A DNA stretch of 64,000 nucleotides from an uncultured marine group I thaumarchaeote (lineage in GTDB: Archaea; Thermoproteota; Nitrososphaeria; Nitrososphaerales; Nitrosopumilaceae), in contig CACDFH010000003.1 in the NCBI GenBank assembly GCA_902552015.1, positions 3,269-67,268 of the forward strand, in the 5' to 3' direction. Under the pieces are notes generated by a model that saw only the letters and a list, made by a program, of their open reading frames with translations, ran no database searches and was not told the origin of the DNA. The first letter of the stretch is position 1, and each line of letters begins with the position of its first letter. The position numbers and the translations under genes were made by a program. This document shows positions 27,831 through 36,728 of the stretch, in pieces.

Positions 27831-28295
27831 TTACGGTAATTGTTCGGTTACGGTTGTTTTAAAATCTGATTCAAACCAAATTGTTTTTGGTTCTGATTTC
27901 TTCTTTGGAAATGAGTTTATTGCAACATGTGCAAAATCTTCATTTTTCTTTGTAGAGCCATGGGTGTGTAATCTTTTTGCAGGAATGTGTACACAATCAC
28001 CCTTACTCAAATTCATACTCTCCATTTTTTTTATTTTGAATTTTTTTGAACCTGTGCCAATTTTCTTATACATTACTAAACTACCTTTGCCTTTAGTAAC
28101 TATCAATGTTTGACCTGCGTCGTGAAAATGAAGTTTTGTACGTGCTCCATTTTTGAATGTTACATGATAAATTTTTTCTGTACTTGGCTTAATCTTTGCT
28201 GAAATATCTTTTGCAGCAATTTTTCCTGTGAAATAATTCACTTTAGCTTTTTTACTAGGAATGCCTGATTTTGTAAATAAATTCTCTTTTTGCAT
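27831..28295 (-). CDS. cupin domain protein
   Basis: HFHDAGQTL, GDCVHIPAKRLHTHG; start trimmed to MQKE. Confidence 0.82.
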   Translation of the reverse strand: MQKENLFTKSGIPSKKAKVNYFTGKIAAKDISAKIKPSTEKIYHVTFKNGARTKLHFHDAGQTLIVTKGKGSLVMYKKIGTGSKKFKIKKMESMNLSKGDCVHIPAKRLHTHGSTKKNEDFAHVAINSFPKKKSEPKTIWFESDFKTTVTEQLP

Positions 28296-28374
28296 ACTGT
28301 GAGTAATTTGGTGAGGTATATGAGTCATAGTTTGAATGATTTAAAAATACACAAATCTATTGTATGTAGTTCCA

Positions 28375-29079
28375 ATGGCAAAAAATAATCCAAAAGTAAA
28401 AGTAATTTCATTAAAACCATTACTTGATCTTGATTCCGCTGAAGAAATGGTTGATTCACGTAAAGTAAAAACATTCCAAACATTACTTCACAAACCCAAA
28501 AAAAGTGAGATTCATCAACATTCACTTACATTACATTACGAATCAATTCTTCTCTTATCTGGAAAATATTCTGTTGATTTTATTCGTGATGCAGATCATA
28601 CCTTACATGTTGATAAAGACGTACAAGAAGTAATCATATCTGATGAAGTTTTTCCTGTTAAACAAAAGCGTGGGGTTTTTAGTAAATTAGAACCTTCATT
28701 TAAAAATAAAATTAAGATACAGATGCAAGAACGTGTCATGCTCGAAAACACTGCTGATGTATCCTTTGATCATCATGGAAAAGAAATGAATCTTTCATAC
28801 AATGATACGCTCAAATTATTAGAAAAACATCCTAAAAAAACAATCTATGAAAATAAGGATTCTATACGTCGACCTGAAATTACAGTAGAGTCTGCAAAAC
28901 TAAAACTCATTACAAAATTAAAAAAACCTGCAGATTCTGGCATAAAATCCTCTGAAGAGACTTTTGAATTTAGAGATGTTCTGGAAATCTATGTGCCTAT
29001 CTATGAAGCACGATTGATTGGTCCTAAAAAGAGAGTCAAAATTTTAAGAATTGATGCTGTTAGGAAAAAAGTTCTCTAG
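28375..29079 (+). CDS. hypothetical protein
   Basis: Long ORF ending EIYVPIYEARL...RIDAV; start at MAKNN assumed. Confidence 0.75.
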   Translation: MAKNNPKVKVISLKPLLDLDSAEEMVDSRKVKTFQTLLHKPKKSEIHQHSLTLHYESILLLSGKYSVDFIRDADHTLHVDKDVQEVIISDEVFPVKQKRGVFSKLEPSFKNKIKIQMQERVMLENTADVSFDHHGKEMNLSYNDTLKLLEKHPKKTIYENKDSIRRPEITVESAKLKLITKLKKPADSGIKSSEETFEFRDVLEIYVPIYEARLIGPKKRVKILRIDAVRKKVL

Positions 29080-29895
29080 TTATTTTACCATTCTTTGGAA
29101 CTCTGGGTCATCATAAAACTTCTGAAAAACTTTTTCCTTTCTTGCCCATAATTTGATTGTCTTTGATTGTTTTATTGCAACATTTAGCAAATCAAATGCT
29201 TCATTTACTTCATTCAGTGCGGCTTTACTTCTGGCTTTAGCATAAACTACATTCACATTTCCCTTATGTCTATCTAAAATTTTATCAAAAACTTCTATTG
29301 CTTTTTCATGTCTTTCTAATTCTGCTAACTCTATTCCTTTGTGAAATAATGAATCTAGATGTTGCGGATTTGCTCTATGAACGCTTTCAAAACAATTCAA
29401 TGCAAGTTCATGTTTTCCCATTTTACCTAAAACAATCCCTTTGTAAAACCTTGGATTTGGTTTCTTTGGATCTTTCTCAATTGCTTCATCCAAAACTTTC
29501 AGTGATTCCTCATGTTCAAGTTTCTTATCCAATAGAACACCTTTGTTATAATATGCTGGTGCATAACTTGAATCCGCTTTGATTGCTTTTTCATAATATT
29601 CCATTGCTCCTTCCGGATCTCCGAGTTCTGCCATTGCAATACCTCGATTATTCAATGCTGCTGCATCATTTGGGTTTCTTTGTGTTATCATATCAAAACA
29701 TGTTATTGCATCTGCATATTTTTTCAATTGATTTAATGCCAAACCCTGATTATACCATGCGTTAACATTCTCTGGATCAATTTTTGTGACTTTTTTAAAT
29801 AATGAAACTGCTGCTTTTGGTTGATTTTTTTCTAAAAATGTCATTGCTTGATACATCAAGTCTTCTGGGTCTTCTTTTTTACCAAACAATCCCAT
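29080..29895 (-). CDS. TPR-repeat protein
   Basis: Multiple canonical TPRs (AWYNQGLAL, ALNNRGIAM, AYYNKGVLL). Confidence 0.9.
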   Translation of the reverse strand: MGLFGKKEDPEDLMYQAMTFLEKNQPKAAVSLFKKVTKIDPENVNAWYNQGLALNQLKKYADAITCFDMITQRNPNDAAALNNRGIAMAELGDPEGAMEYYEKAIKADSSYAPAYYNKGVLLDKKLEHEESLKVLDEAIEKDPKKPNPRFYKGIVLGKMGKHELALNCFESVHRANPQHLDSLFHKGIELAELERHEKAIEVFDKILDRHKGNVNVVYAKARSKAALNEVNEAFDLLNVAIKQSKTIKLWARKEKVFQKFYDDPEFQRMVK

Positions 29896-29907
29896 GTTTT
29901 TTTAATA

Positions 29908-30003
29908 TTATTCCTGCTTATAGCAATTACACTGCTTTGATTTGTGACGTATACATCCTATCAGTCTATGGTCTTTACATCCACAAATTATACACTTTTT
30001 CAT
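29908..30003 (-). CDS. putative 31-aa Cys/His-rich peptide MKKCIICGCKDHRLIGCIRHKSKQCNCYKQE
   Basis: Hand-translated; 6 Cys and 2 His; co-oriented 12 nt upstream of the TPR gene. Confidence 0.5.
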   Translation of the reverse strand: MKKCIICGCKDHRLIGCIRHKSKQCNCYKQE

Positions 30004-30086
30004 CTTCTCATCTGTAATTGCGATTGACTACTAATCAATGAATCGCATAATGAATCTGTAATATTCATCCATCCCCTGTTATAATT

Positions 30087-30269
30087 TTGAGAAAAATAAC
30101 TGTAAAAATAACCGAAAAAGATTATCTCGATTTTTTACTTGAAAGTAATGAACATGAAAATACTGTTGAAGAACAGATTACTGAAATCATACAATATTAT
30201 GTTCTAATTAGACGAAGACGTGTAAAACTCAAACTAATCTCTAAAGAAACTTTAGATTCTCACATGTGA
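30087..30269 (+). CDS. small hypothetical protein, possibly ribbon-helix-helix-like
   Basis: RKITVKITEKDY strand-helix N-terminus. Confidence 0.55.
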   Translation: MRKITVKITEKDYLDFLLESNEHENTVEEQITEIIQYYVLIRRRRVKLKLISKETLDSHM

Positions 30270-30464
30270 TTATCTGCACTTTTTCTTGTGTTTTCTCAAG
30301 TCATCTGGATCTCTAAACTCTGTACCACAATTACGACACTTGACATCAATCCTTCTTGCATGTGCAATTTTCTCATGTTTTTTTAGTCTCTCTGCATCAT
30401 GTAGTTCTAAGCCACATTTTTTACATTTTGTTACACTATCTTCTGATTTGGTGAAAAGTTTCAT
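30270..30464 (-). CDS. C2H2/C2HC zinc-finger protein
   Basis: CKKCG...H...AH and CRNCG..F...H...C. Confidence 0.82.
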   Translation of the reverse strand: MKLFTKSEDSVTKCKKCGLELHDAERLKKHEKIAHARRIDVKCRNCGTEFRDPDDLRKHKKKCR

Positions 30465-30552
30465 CGTATAATATAGTGATTAGATCTTAAAATGATTTTC
30501 CTTTTTCTTACTAATGATATTGTTTATTTTATCTATAGTATGAGAAGAAATC

Positions 30553-30834
30553 ATGGATTTGAATAAAGTAGTGAAAATTGGTCTAATATCTGGAATTTCT
30601 ATAATCGCAATAATTGCAATAACAAATACTGTTTTTCCATCAAACGCGATAAATCTGCATGAACAAGCATGCATGAGTCTTGCAAATCAAATGATTGAAA
30701 ACATGGAAGAATCAAATTTTGACACTGAAAAATTTGCAAAAATGAATGATCTATTATTTTCTCGTATGACTAACGAACAATGCACTGATACTGAAGGCTG
30801 GAAAAAAATTGTCAGCTATAGCCCTGAAGATTAA
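30553..30834 (+). CDS. hypothetical membrane-anchored/secreted protein
   Basis: N-terminal hydrophobic helix, two Cys. Confidence 0.65.
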   Translation: MDLNKVVKIGLISGISIIAIIAITNTVFPSNAINLHEQACMSLANQMIENMEESNFDTEKFAKMNDLLFSRMTNEQCTDTEGWKKIVSYSPED

Positions 30835-31208
30835 TTTGGTCTAAATCTTTCTGGCATCATTTCCAAAATTACTTTCCGAGATGGCTGTCTTTCTAATTTT
30901 TGACAAATTTTGTAAACACAATCCCCTATCATTGATGAATCTACATTTTTAACTTGAAATTTTTGGAAAATTTCTTCATCAGACATTTTTCCCATCTGTG
31001 AATCTATGTTAAACGCAATCTCAAGTGCCACAGGTTTTAATTTTGATTCATAATCGCTTTGTAAGATATCAATTTCTTTTTTCAGGTTATCCAATTTCTC
31101 CTCATCAGTTGTATTCTTTTTCTCCAGTTCCAATTTCTTTAATTTTTTAACAGTTTTTCCGCTATGATAGTCAAAACTAATGATTAACTCTCTTATCACA
31201 CTGATCAA
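30831..31208 (-). CDS. hypothetical protein (coiled-coil N-terminal half)
   Basis: ORF fills the gap; start uncertain. Confidence 0.6.
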   Translation of the reverse strand: MISVIRELIISFDYHSGKTVKKLKKLELEKKNTTDEEKLDNLKKEIDILQSDYESKLKPVALEIAFNIDSQMGKMSDEEIFQKFQVKNVDSSMIGDCVYKICQKLERQPSRKVILEMMPERFRPN

Positions 31209-31250
31209 ATCGAGAGTTTAGGATATAAGGTATATGAAATAATAACTACC

Positions 31251-31931
31251 ATGCAAGTAAATGAAATTTTCAAATCAATTCAAGGCGAGGGTCCAAATTT
31301 TGGTAAACCTGCAATTTTTCTAAGGACTGCTCAATGTAATCTGAAATGCACCTGGTGTGATACAAAATACACCTGGGATTGGAAAAATTATGATTTTCAA
31401 AAGGAGGTAAAAGAAATGACAATTGATGAAGTTAAGGATGCAATATTAGATCTTGAGATTAAACACCTTGTAATTACTGGCGGTGAGCCATTACTACAAC
31501 AAGATGATTTGGCTGATTTACTGTCTTTCCTAAAACCTGATTTTTATGTAGAAGTTGAAACTAATTGTACAATTCTACCAAACAAAATGCTAACTGATCT
31601 GATTGATCAATGGAATGTATCTCCAAAAACCCAAAACTCTGGAAATCCCTTGGAACTTTGTGAGAATAATGAATGTTATTACTTTTTTGCAAATCAAGAA
31701 AATTGTTTTTTCAAGTATGTTGTAGAAGATGAAACTGATATTCCAGAAATTAAAAAATTTGTTACAAAGTACAAAATTCCTGAAAAACGAGTACAATTAA
31801 TGACTCAGGCATCTACAAAAGAGGAAATTTCTATGAAAGAAAAATCAATTTCTGAACTGGCCAAATTACATAATTTCTCATTTTCTCCGAGACTACACGT
31901 TGCAATGTGGGGCTCACAACGTGGAAAATGA
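31251..31931 (+). CDS. queE: 7-carboxy-7-deazaguanine synthase (radical SAM)
   Basis: SIQGEG, CNLKCTWCDT, TGGEPLLQ, VSPK, PRLH. Confidence 0.92.
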   Translation: MQVNEIFKSIQGEGPNFGKPAIFLRTAQCNLKCTWCDTKYTWDWKNYDFQKEVKEMTIDEVKDAILDLEIKHLVITGGEPLLQQDDLADLLSFLKPDFYVEVETNCTILPNKMLTDLIDQWNVSPKTQNSGNPLELCENNECYYFFANQENCFFKYVVEDETDIPEIKKFVTKYKIPEKRVQLMTQASTKEEISMKEKSISELAKLHNFSFSPRLHVAMWGSQRGK

Positions 31932-31955
31932 TTATAACCAGAGAAAATTAGGATT

Positions 31956-32762
31956 TTGAACATGGCAAAAATAAAAGCAGGAGATCTTGTCTTATTCTTT
32001 TACAACGATTCAAAAAAATGGTTATTGAAAATTTCTAAAAAAGAACAGTTTCATTCTCATATTGGAGTTATCAAACATGCTGATGCCATAGGAAAAGAAT
32101 TTGGAAGTAGACTAATTACCAACAAAGACAAGTACGTCTATCTGCTAAAACCTACAATACATGATCATGTAATGAAAATGCAACACAGCACGCAAATTGT
32201 ATATCCTAAAGATTTTGGTTACATTGCTGCTAGAATGGGCGTCCAATCTGGACAAAAAATAGTTGAAGTAGGAACTGGCAGTGGTTCGTTAACCACTTTT
32301 CTTGCTAGTATTGTTAATCCTCGTGGGCATGTGTACACTTTTGATGTTGAGCCAAAATTCATGGAAGTTGCAGAAAAAAATATCAAAAAAGCTGGAATGT
32401 CAAAATATGTCACTATGCATGAAATGAATTTGAAAAAATCTAAAAAATTGCCTTTGAAAGATATGGATTTGGCCATAATTGATCTTGGCGATCCTTGGGA
32501 AGTTTTACCACAAGTTAGAAAAATGTTGAAAAGTAGTGGAAGCGTAGCTGCAATTTGCCCTACCATGAATCAGCTTGAAAAATTATCTGTAGCATTTGTG
32601 GAAAATGAATTTACCGATATCGAATGTACTGAGCACATCCTTCGTCGAATTGAAGCCAGAGATGGAAAAACTAGACATTCCTATCAAGGAATTGGTCACA
32701 CAACATATCTTGCAATAGCACGAAAAGTCCACTTTAATAATAAAAGAACAAAGAAAAAGTGA
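31956..32762 (+). CDS. trmI: tRNA (adenine-57/58 N1)-methyltransferase
   Basis: TQIVYPKD, EVGTGSGSLT, DLGDPW, GHTTYL. Confidence 0.92.
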   Translation: MNMAKIKAGDLVLFFYNDSKKWLLKISKKEQFHSHIGVIKHADAIGKEFGSRLITNKDKYVYLLKPTIHDHVMKMQHSTQIVYPKDFGYIAARMGVQSGQKIVEVGTGSGSLTTFLASIVNPRGHVYTFDVEPKFMEVAEKNIKKAGMSKYVTMHEMNLKKSKKLPLKDMDLAIIDLGDPWEVLPQVRKMLKSSGSVAAICPTMNQLEKLSVAFVENEFTDIECTEHILRRIEARDGKTRHSYQGIGHTTYLAIARKVHFNNKRTKKK

Positions 32763-32767
32763 ACTAA

Positions 32768-33622
32768 TTGACTACAAAACTAACAAAAGAAATCATAGAA
32801 AAATTCATTCCATCGCGTGAGAATAATTCACGTAAAGGTGATAATGGTAAAGTCTTGATTGTCGGCGGTAGTTACATTTACCATGGCGCTCCTGTACTTT
32901 CATCACTTGCTGCATTGCGTTCTGGAAGTGATCTTGTTTACACATGTGTTCCAAAAATCAATGCATTTTCTACCCGTTCAATTTCTCCAGATCTGATAGT
33001 TATTCCAATGGCCGATTCAAAACTTACACGTGGAACTGTCAATAAAATGCTAGGACAAGTTCCAATTGATATTGATTCAGTTGCTATTGGCATGGGGCTT
33101 GCAATACAGGATATTGAAGCAATAAAACTACTTGTAAAATCATTACTTGATAGAAATGTACGTGTATCATTAGATGCAAGTTCTTTAGTTAAAGAAATAC
33201 TTCCTGTAATTGAAGGACAAAATGTTGTTGTAACTCCACATTCAGGTGAATTCAAAAGAATATTTGGTGAATCATTAGAAACTGAAATGAATTCAAGAAT
33301 TTCCACCTGTGAAAAATTTGCAAAAAACCATTCAATAACAATACTGCTTAAAGGTCAAGAAGATATCATAACTAATGGCGATTCAACTTACACAAATCCA
33401 ACATCAACTCCGTGCATGACTGTTGGAGGTACTGGCGATGTCTTGTCTGGACTCACAGCTGGATTTTTGTCTAGAAATAAAAATATGATTGAATCTACAA
33501 GTGCTGCAACATTTGTTAATGGGGCTGCTGGTGAAATACTTCAAAAAGAATTTGGAAACCACATTGTTGCAAGTGATCTGATACCTGTCATACCTAAAGT
33601 TTTAAACTCATTTAATAATTAA
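32768..33622 (+). CDS. nnrD: ADP-dependent NAD(P)HX dehydratase
   Basis: RKGDNGKVLIVGGS, TPHSGEF, GGTGDVLSG. Confidence 0.92.
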   Translation: MTTKLTKEIIEKFIPSRENNSRKGDNGKVLIVGGSYIYHGAPVLSSLAALRSGSDLVYTCVPKINAFSTRSISPDLIVIPMADSKLTRGTVNKMLGQVPIDIDSVAIGMGLAIQDIEAIKLLVKSLLDRNVRVSLDASSLVKEILPVIEGQNVVVTPHSGEFKRIFGESLETEMNSRISTCEKFAKNHSITILLKGQEDIITNGDSTYTNPTSTPCMTVGGTGDVLSGLTAGFLSRNKNMIESTSAATFVNGAAGEILQKEFGNHIVASDLIPVIPKVLNSFNN

Positions 33623-33624
33623 AA

Positions 33625-34986
33625 ATGAACTCTCAAAAACCAATTAAATTCATTGATAAAAATAAAAATTCACTTCTAAAGGATCTTCAAACATTAATTC
33701 ATCAGCCAAGTATTTCTGCAAAAAACGAAGGAATCAAAGAATGTAGCATTTTAGTGTCAAAAATTCTAAAAAAATCAGGCATAAAATCAGAAATCTTACA
33801 ACTTGGAAAAAATGCTGCCCCTCTAGTATATGGTGAGGTAAAATCAAAAAATAATCCAAACACCACTTTGTTATTTTACAATCATTATGACGTTCAGCCT
33901 GTAGAGCCTCTTGAGTTGTGGGATGATCCGCCTTTCAGCGGTAAAATTATTGGAAATAAAATTTTTGGACGTGGTGCATCAGACGATAAAGGTGAACTAA
34001 TCACACGAATCAAAGCTGTGGAATCTTACTTGAAAACATATGGTGATGTCCCATGTAATGTAAAATTTGTAATTGAAGGTGAAGAAGAAAATGGAAGTGA
34101 AAACATTGGAGCTTATCTAAAAAAATACAAAAAGAAATTTTCATGTGATGGTGTTGTCTGGGAGTTTGGTTATGTTGATCAAAAAAATCGTCCTATAATC
34201 GGATTGGGCATGAAAGGATTGTTGTATGTGGAACTTACAGCAAAAGAATCTGTACGTGATGTACATTCTAGTTTTGCAGTAATCATCAAAAACCCTGCGT
34301 GGAGGTTAGTGCAGGCCCTAAATACAATGCGTGATGAAAATGGTAAAATCTTGATCAAAGGTTGGTATGATGATATCAAGCCTCTGACTAAAAATGACAT
34401 CAAATTAATTCAAAAAGAGCCTTTTGATGCAGATGGTTTCAAAAAAGAATACGGCGTAAAAAATTTTGTTGGTAACAAGAATTCGCTTGATGCAAAGAAA
34501 GCGTTAGTATCTGGAGTAACATGTAACATTGCAGGTATAGATTCTGGTTATACTGGTGATGGTGCAAAGACAGTCTTACCAGGTAGTGCAAAAGTGAAAA
34601 TTGACTTTAGATTGGTTCCAAACATGGATCCAAAAAAACTAATAAAATTACTACAAAAACATCTTCGCGATAATGGTTTTGGTGATATTACGATCAATGT
34701 TTTGAATGCAGAAGCAGCCGCAAGAACAAATCCAAATGAAAAAATTGTAAATACCGTTTGTGAAAGTACAAAAAAAATTTTTGGTGATTATGTTTTGAAC
34801 ATTTCTAACGCAGGAACTGGACCAATGCATGCGTTTACGCATATTTTGTCAGTACCGTGTATTTCTGTAGGTGCATCTTACATTTTTTGTCGAATGCATT
34901 CACCTAATGAATTTGCAAAAATCGATCTGTTACACAAAACAACTAAGAACATTTGTGTACTGCTAGAAAATTTTTCACGATCATAA
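33625..34986 (+). CDS. M20 metallopeptidase/deacylase
   Basis: YNHYDVQP, GRGASDDKG, EGEEE, HSPNE. Confidence 0.9.
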   Translation: MNSQKPIKFIDKNKNSLLKDLQTLIHQPSISAKNEGIKECSILVSKILKKSGIKSEILQLGKNAAPLVYGEVKSKNNPNTTLLFYNHYDVQPVEPLELWDDPPFSGKIIGNKIFGRGASDDKGELITRIKAVESYLKTYGDVPCNVKFVIEGEEENGSENIGAYLKKYKKKFSCDGVVWEFGYVDQKNRPIIGLGMKGLLYVELTAKESVRDVHSSFAVIIKNPAWRLVQALNTMRDENGKILIKGWYDDIKPLTKNDIKLIQKEPFDADGFKKEYGVKNFVGNKNSLDAKKALVSGVTCNIAGIDSGYTGDGAKTVLPGSAKVKIDFRLVPNMDPKKLIKLLQKHLRDNGFGDITINVLNAEAAARTNPNEKIVNTVCESTKKIFGDYVLNISNAGTGPMHAFTHILSVPCISVGASYIFCRMHSPNEFAKIDLLHKTTKNICVLLENFSRS

Positions 34987-35074
34987 TTTACAAAATCTAC
35001 TTGATTATTTTACACAATGTGTGTGAAAACATGTAACTTGTATAATATAACACCGAAGAGATCTCGGACAAGTT

Positions 35075-35509
35075 ATGGCTATGTCTAAAGCTAAGAGAAG
35101 CGCAGCAGCTAAAAAAGCAGCACGCACTCGCAAAAGAAGAGCAGCAGCCGCAGCAGCAGCAGCTACAAAGAAGAGAGCTTCTGCAGCTCGCAAACGTAAG
35201 AGAGCAGCCGCAAAAGGCGGTGCAAAACGTAAAGCAGCTCCAAAACGCAAAGCAGCCCCAAAACGTAAGGCAGCAAAGCGTAAGGCAGCTCCAAAACGTA
35301 AAGCAGCAAAACGTAAAGCAACCGGAAAGAAAAAAGGCGGTGCAAAACGTAAAGCAGCTCCAAAACGTAAGGCAGCAAAACGTAAAGCAGCTCCAAAGCG
35401 TAAAGCAGCAAAGCGAAAAGCAGCCCCAAAACGTAAGGCAGCAAAACGCAAAGCAGCACCAAAACGTAAGGCAGCAAAACGTAAAGCTCCAAAACGACGT
35501 CGTCGTTAA
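35075..35509 (+). CDS. histone H1-like Lys/Arg/Ala-rich repeat protein
   Basis: 144 aa, almost all K/R/A/P/G; KRKAA(P) repeats; ends RRRR; upstream TATA-like TATAATATAA. Confidence 0.82.
   Translation: MAMSKAKRSAAAKKAARTRKRRAAAAAAAATKKRASAARKRKRAAAKGGAKRKAAPKRKAAPKRKAAKRKAAPKRKAAKRKATGKKKGGAKRKAAPKRKAAKRKAAPKRKAAKRKAAPKRKAAKRKAAPKRKAAKRKAPKRRRR
35212..35367 (+). repeat. exact 36-bp direct repeat (35212-35247 and 35332-35367) within degenerate 15/18-bp coding tandem repeats
   Basis: aaaaggcggtgcaaaacgtaaagcagctccaaaacg occurs twice, 120 bp apart. Confidence 0.9.
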
Positions 35510-35512
35510 ACT

Positions 35513-35590
35513 GATCGAAAAATATGTCAGTAACGTTGACCGCGGTAACACGCTGATGCGTTCTCGGCAATTGACGATCTACCGTTTTTT
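35513..35590 (+). other. candidate structured RNA / terminator after the H1-like gene
   Basis: Nested pairings GATCG/CGATC, TTG(A)CCG/CGGCAA and ACGC/GCGT, followed by a T6 run. Confidence 0.4.
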
Positions 35591-35662
35591 AGATACCACC
35601 CTAACTAAGGGTATTCACAAATTTTTACTAATGCTTTTATTGTCTATTTTCAGAGTGTAGAT

Positions 35663-36256
35663 ATGAGTTACATGCCAGGCGCAACCGCTGTAGGTATTAC
35701 ATTTGATGAAGGTGTAGTATTTGCTAGTGAGAAACGAATTGCATATGGAAATTTCTTGGTTAGTAAATCTACAAAGAAAACTTTTCCGATAACTCCTAAA
35801 GTTGGAGCAACTTGTGCTGGTTTAGTAGCTGACATGCAATTACTATCATTACAAATTTCTGCTTTAGCAAAAATTAGAAAAATGGATTTGAAACGTGACA
35901 TTCCACCAAACACAATTGCAAAAATGATGTCCAATATGATGTATGAAAGAAGATACTTCCCATTGTTAACTCAAGTAATTGTTGGAGGAATGACTGACAA
36001 ACCTGTCATTTATACACTTGATCCTCTTGGTTCCGTACTCCCTGACGAATATGCTGCAGTTGGTACTGGTGCTGAAATGGCATTAGGTGTCTTAGACCCA
36101 CAGTTCAAAGAAAACATGAATGAAAAAGATGCTGTAGATTTAGCTGTAAAAGCAGTACGTTCTGCAACAATGAGAGATTCATTCAGTGGTGATGGAATCG
36201 ATGTTCTGGTAGTTAACAAAGATGGAATTAGCGAATTTACTGAAGATGTAAAGTAA
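35663..36256 (+). CDS. psmB: proteasome beta subunit (Thr1-lacking type)
   Basis: GATAVG, AGLVAD, LDPLGS, GTG, RDSFSGDG. Confidence 0.92.
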   Translation: MSYMPGATAVGITFDEGVVFASEKRIAYGNFLVSKSTKKTFPITPKVGATCAGLVADMQLLSLQISALAKIRKMDLKRDIPPNTIAKMMSNMMYERRYFPLLTQVIVGGMTDKPVIYTLDPLGSVLPDEYAAVGTGAEMALGVLDPQFKENMNEKDAVDLAVKAVRSATMRDSFSGDGIDVLVVNKDGISEFTEDVK

Positions 36257-36257
36257 T

Positions 36258-36728
36258 CTATAGTGTTTTAGAAATTTCCCACGCTTTATCTGAAATATAG
36301 TGCAAGTTTTTCAATACCTCGCCCTTGTCCATATTATCTAATTCTGAACTGTCTACTATTGATTTTCCTACTGCCAAAAACTTGTTTTGTGATTCTTCAA
36401 CTATGCATACAATATCATCCTTAGAAAATTCTGAAAATTTCTTAATCCCTGGTCTCATGAGATTTGCTCCTTTGCACATGAATCTCACTGCGCCCATATC
36501 CACTTGAACATGTGGAAATTTTTCTAATGTTGCAATCTCGCTAAGAAATGGAAGGTGCTCGTCTTTAATTTTCAAAATCTTAATCTCATCTCCCGTGATT
36601 AATTGAATTTCATTGTCAATTTCATACACTTTTAGATTTTTTACTTTAGGTAGAGTAATCTTCCATTTCTCTGAGACAATTTTTAGTAATTGTGTTGTCT
36701 CAGTCTTTGAAATTAGATTTGTTTTCAA
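36258..36728 (-). CDS. PUA-domain RNA-binding protein (MCT-1/Tma20-like)
   Basis: VDMGAVRFMCKGANLMRPGI, LHYISD. Confidence 0.88.
   Translation of the reverse strand: MKTNLISKTETTQLLKIVSEKWKITLPKVKNLKVYEIDNEIQLITGDEIKILKIKDEHLPFLSEIATLEKFPHVQVDMGAVRFMCKGANLMRPGIKKFSEFSKDDIVCIVEESQNKFLAVGKSIVDSSELDNMDKGEVLKNLHYISDKAWEISKTL

Noticed and set aside
31251-31931. queE as part of a DNA deazaguanine-modification (dpd) defence island
   Set aside because: No dpdA or other dpd genes nearby; it sits beside trmI, consistent with housekeeping archaeosine precursor synthesis
35200-35500. Possible CRISPR array or non-coding tandem repeat
   Set aside because: Units are multiples of 3 with wobble variation and no unique spacers, so the repeat is protein-coding
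34997-35660. Four long overlapping ORFs (34997-35551-, 35005-35451-, 35163-35570-, 35220-35660+)
   Set aside because: Shadows of the low-complexity KRKAAP repeat, which lacks stops in most frames; only 35075-35509 has a promoter-like element and synonymous-position variation
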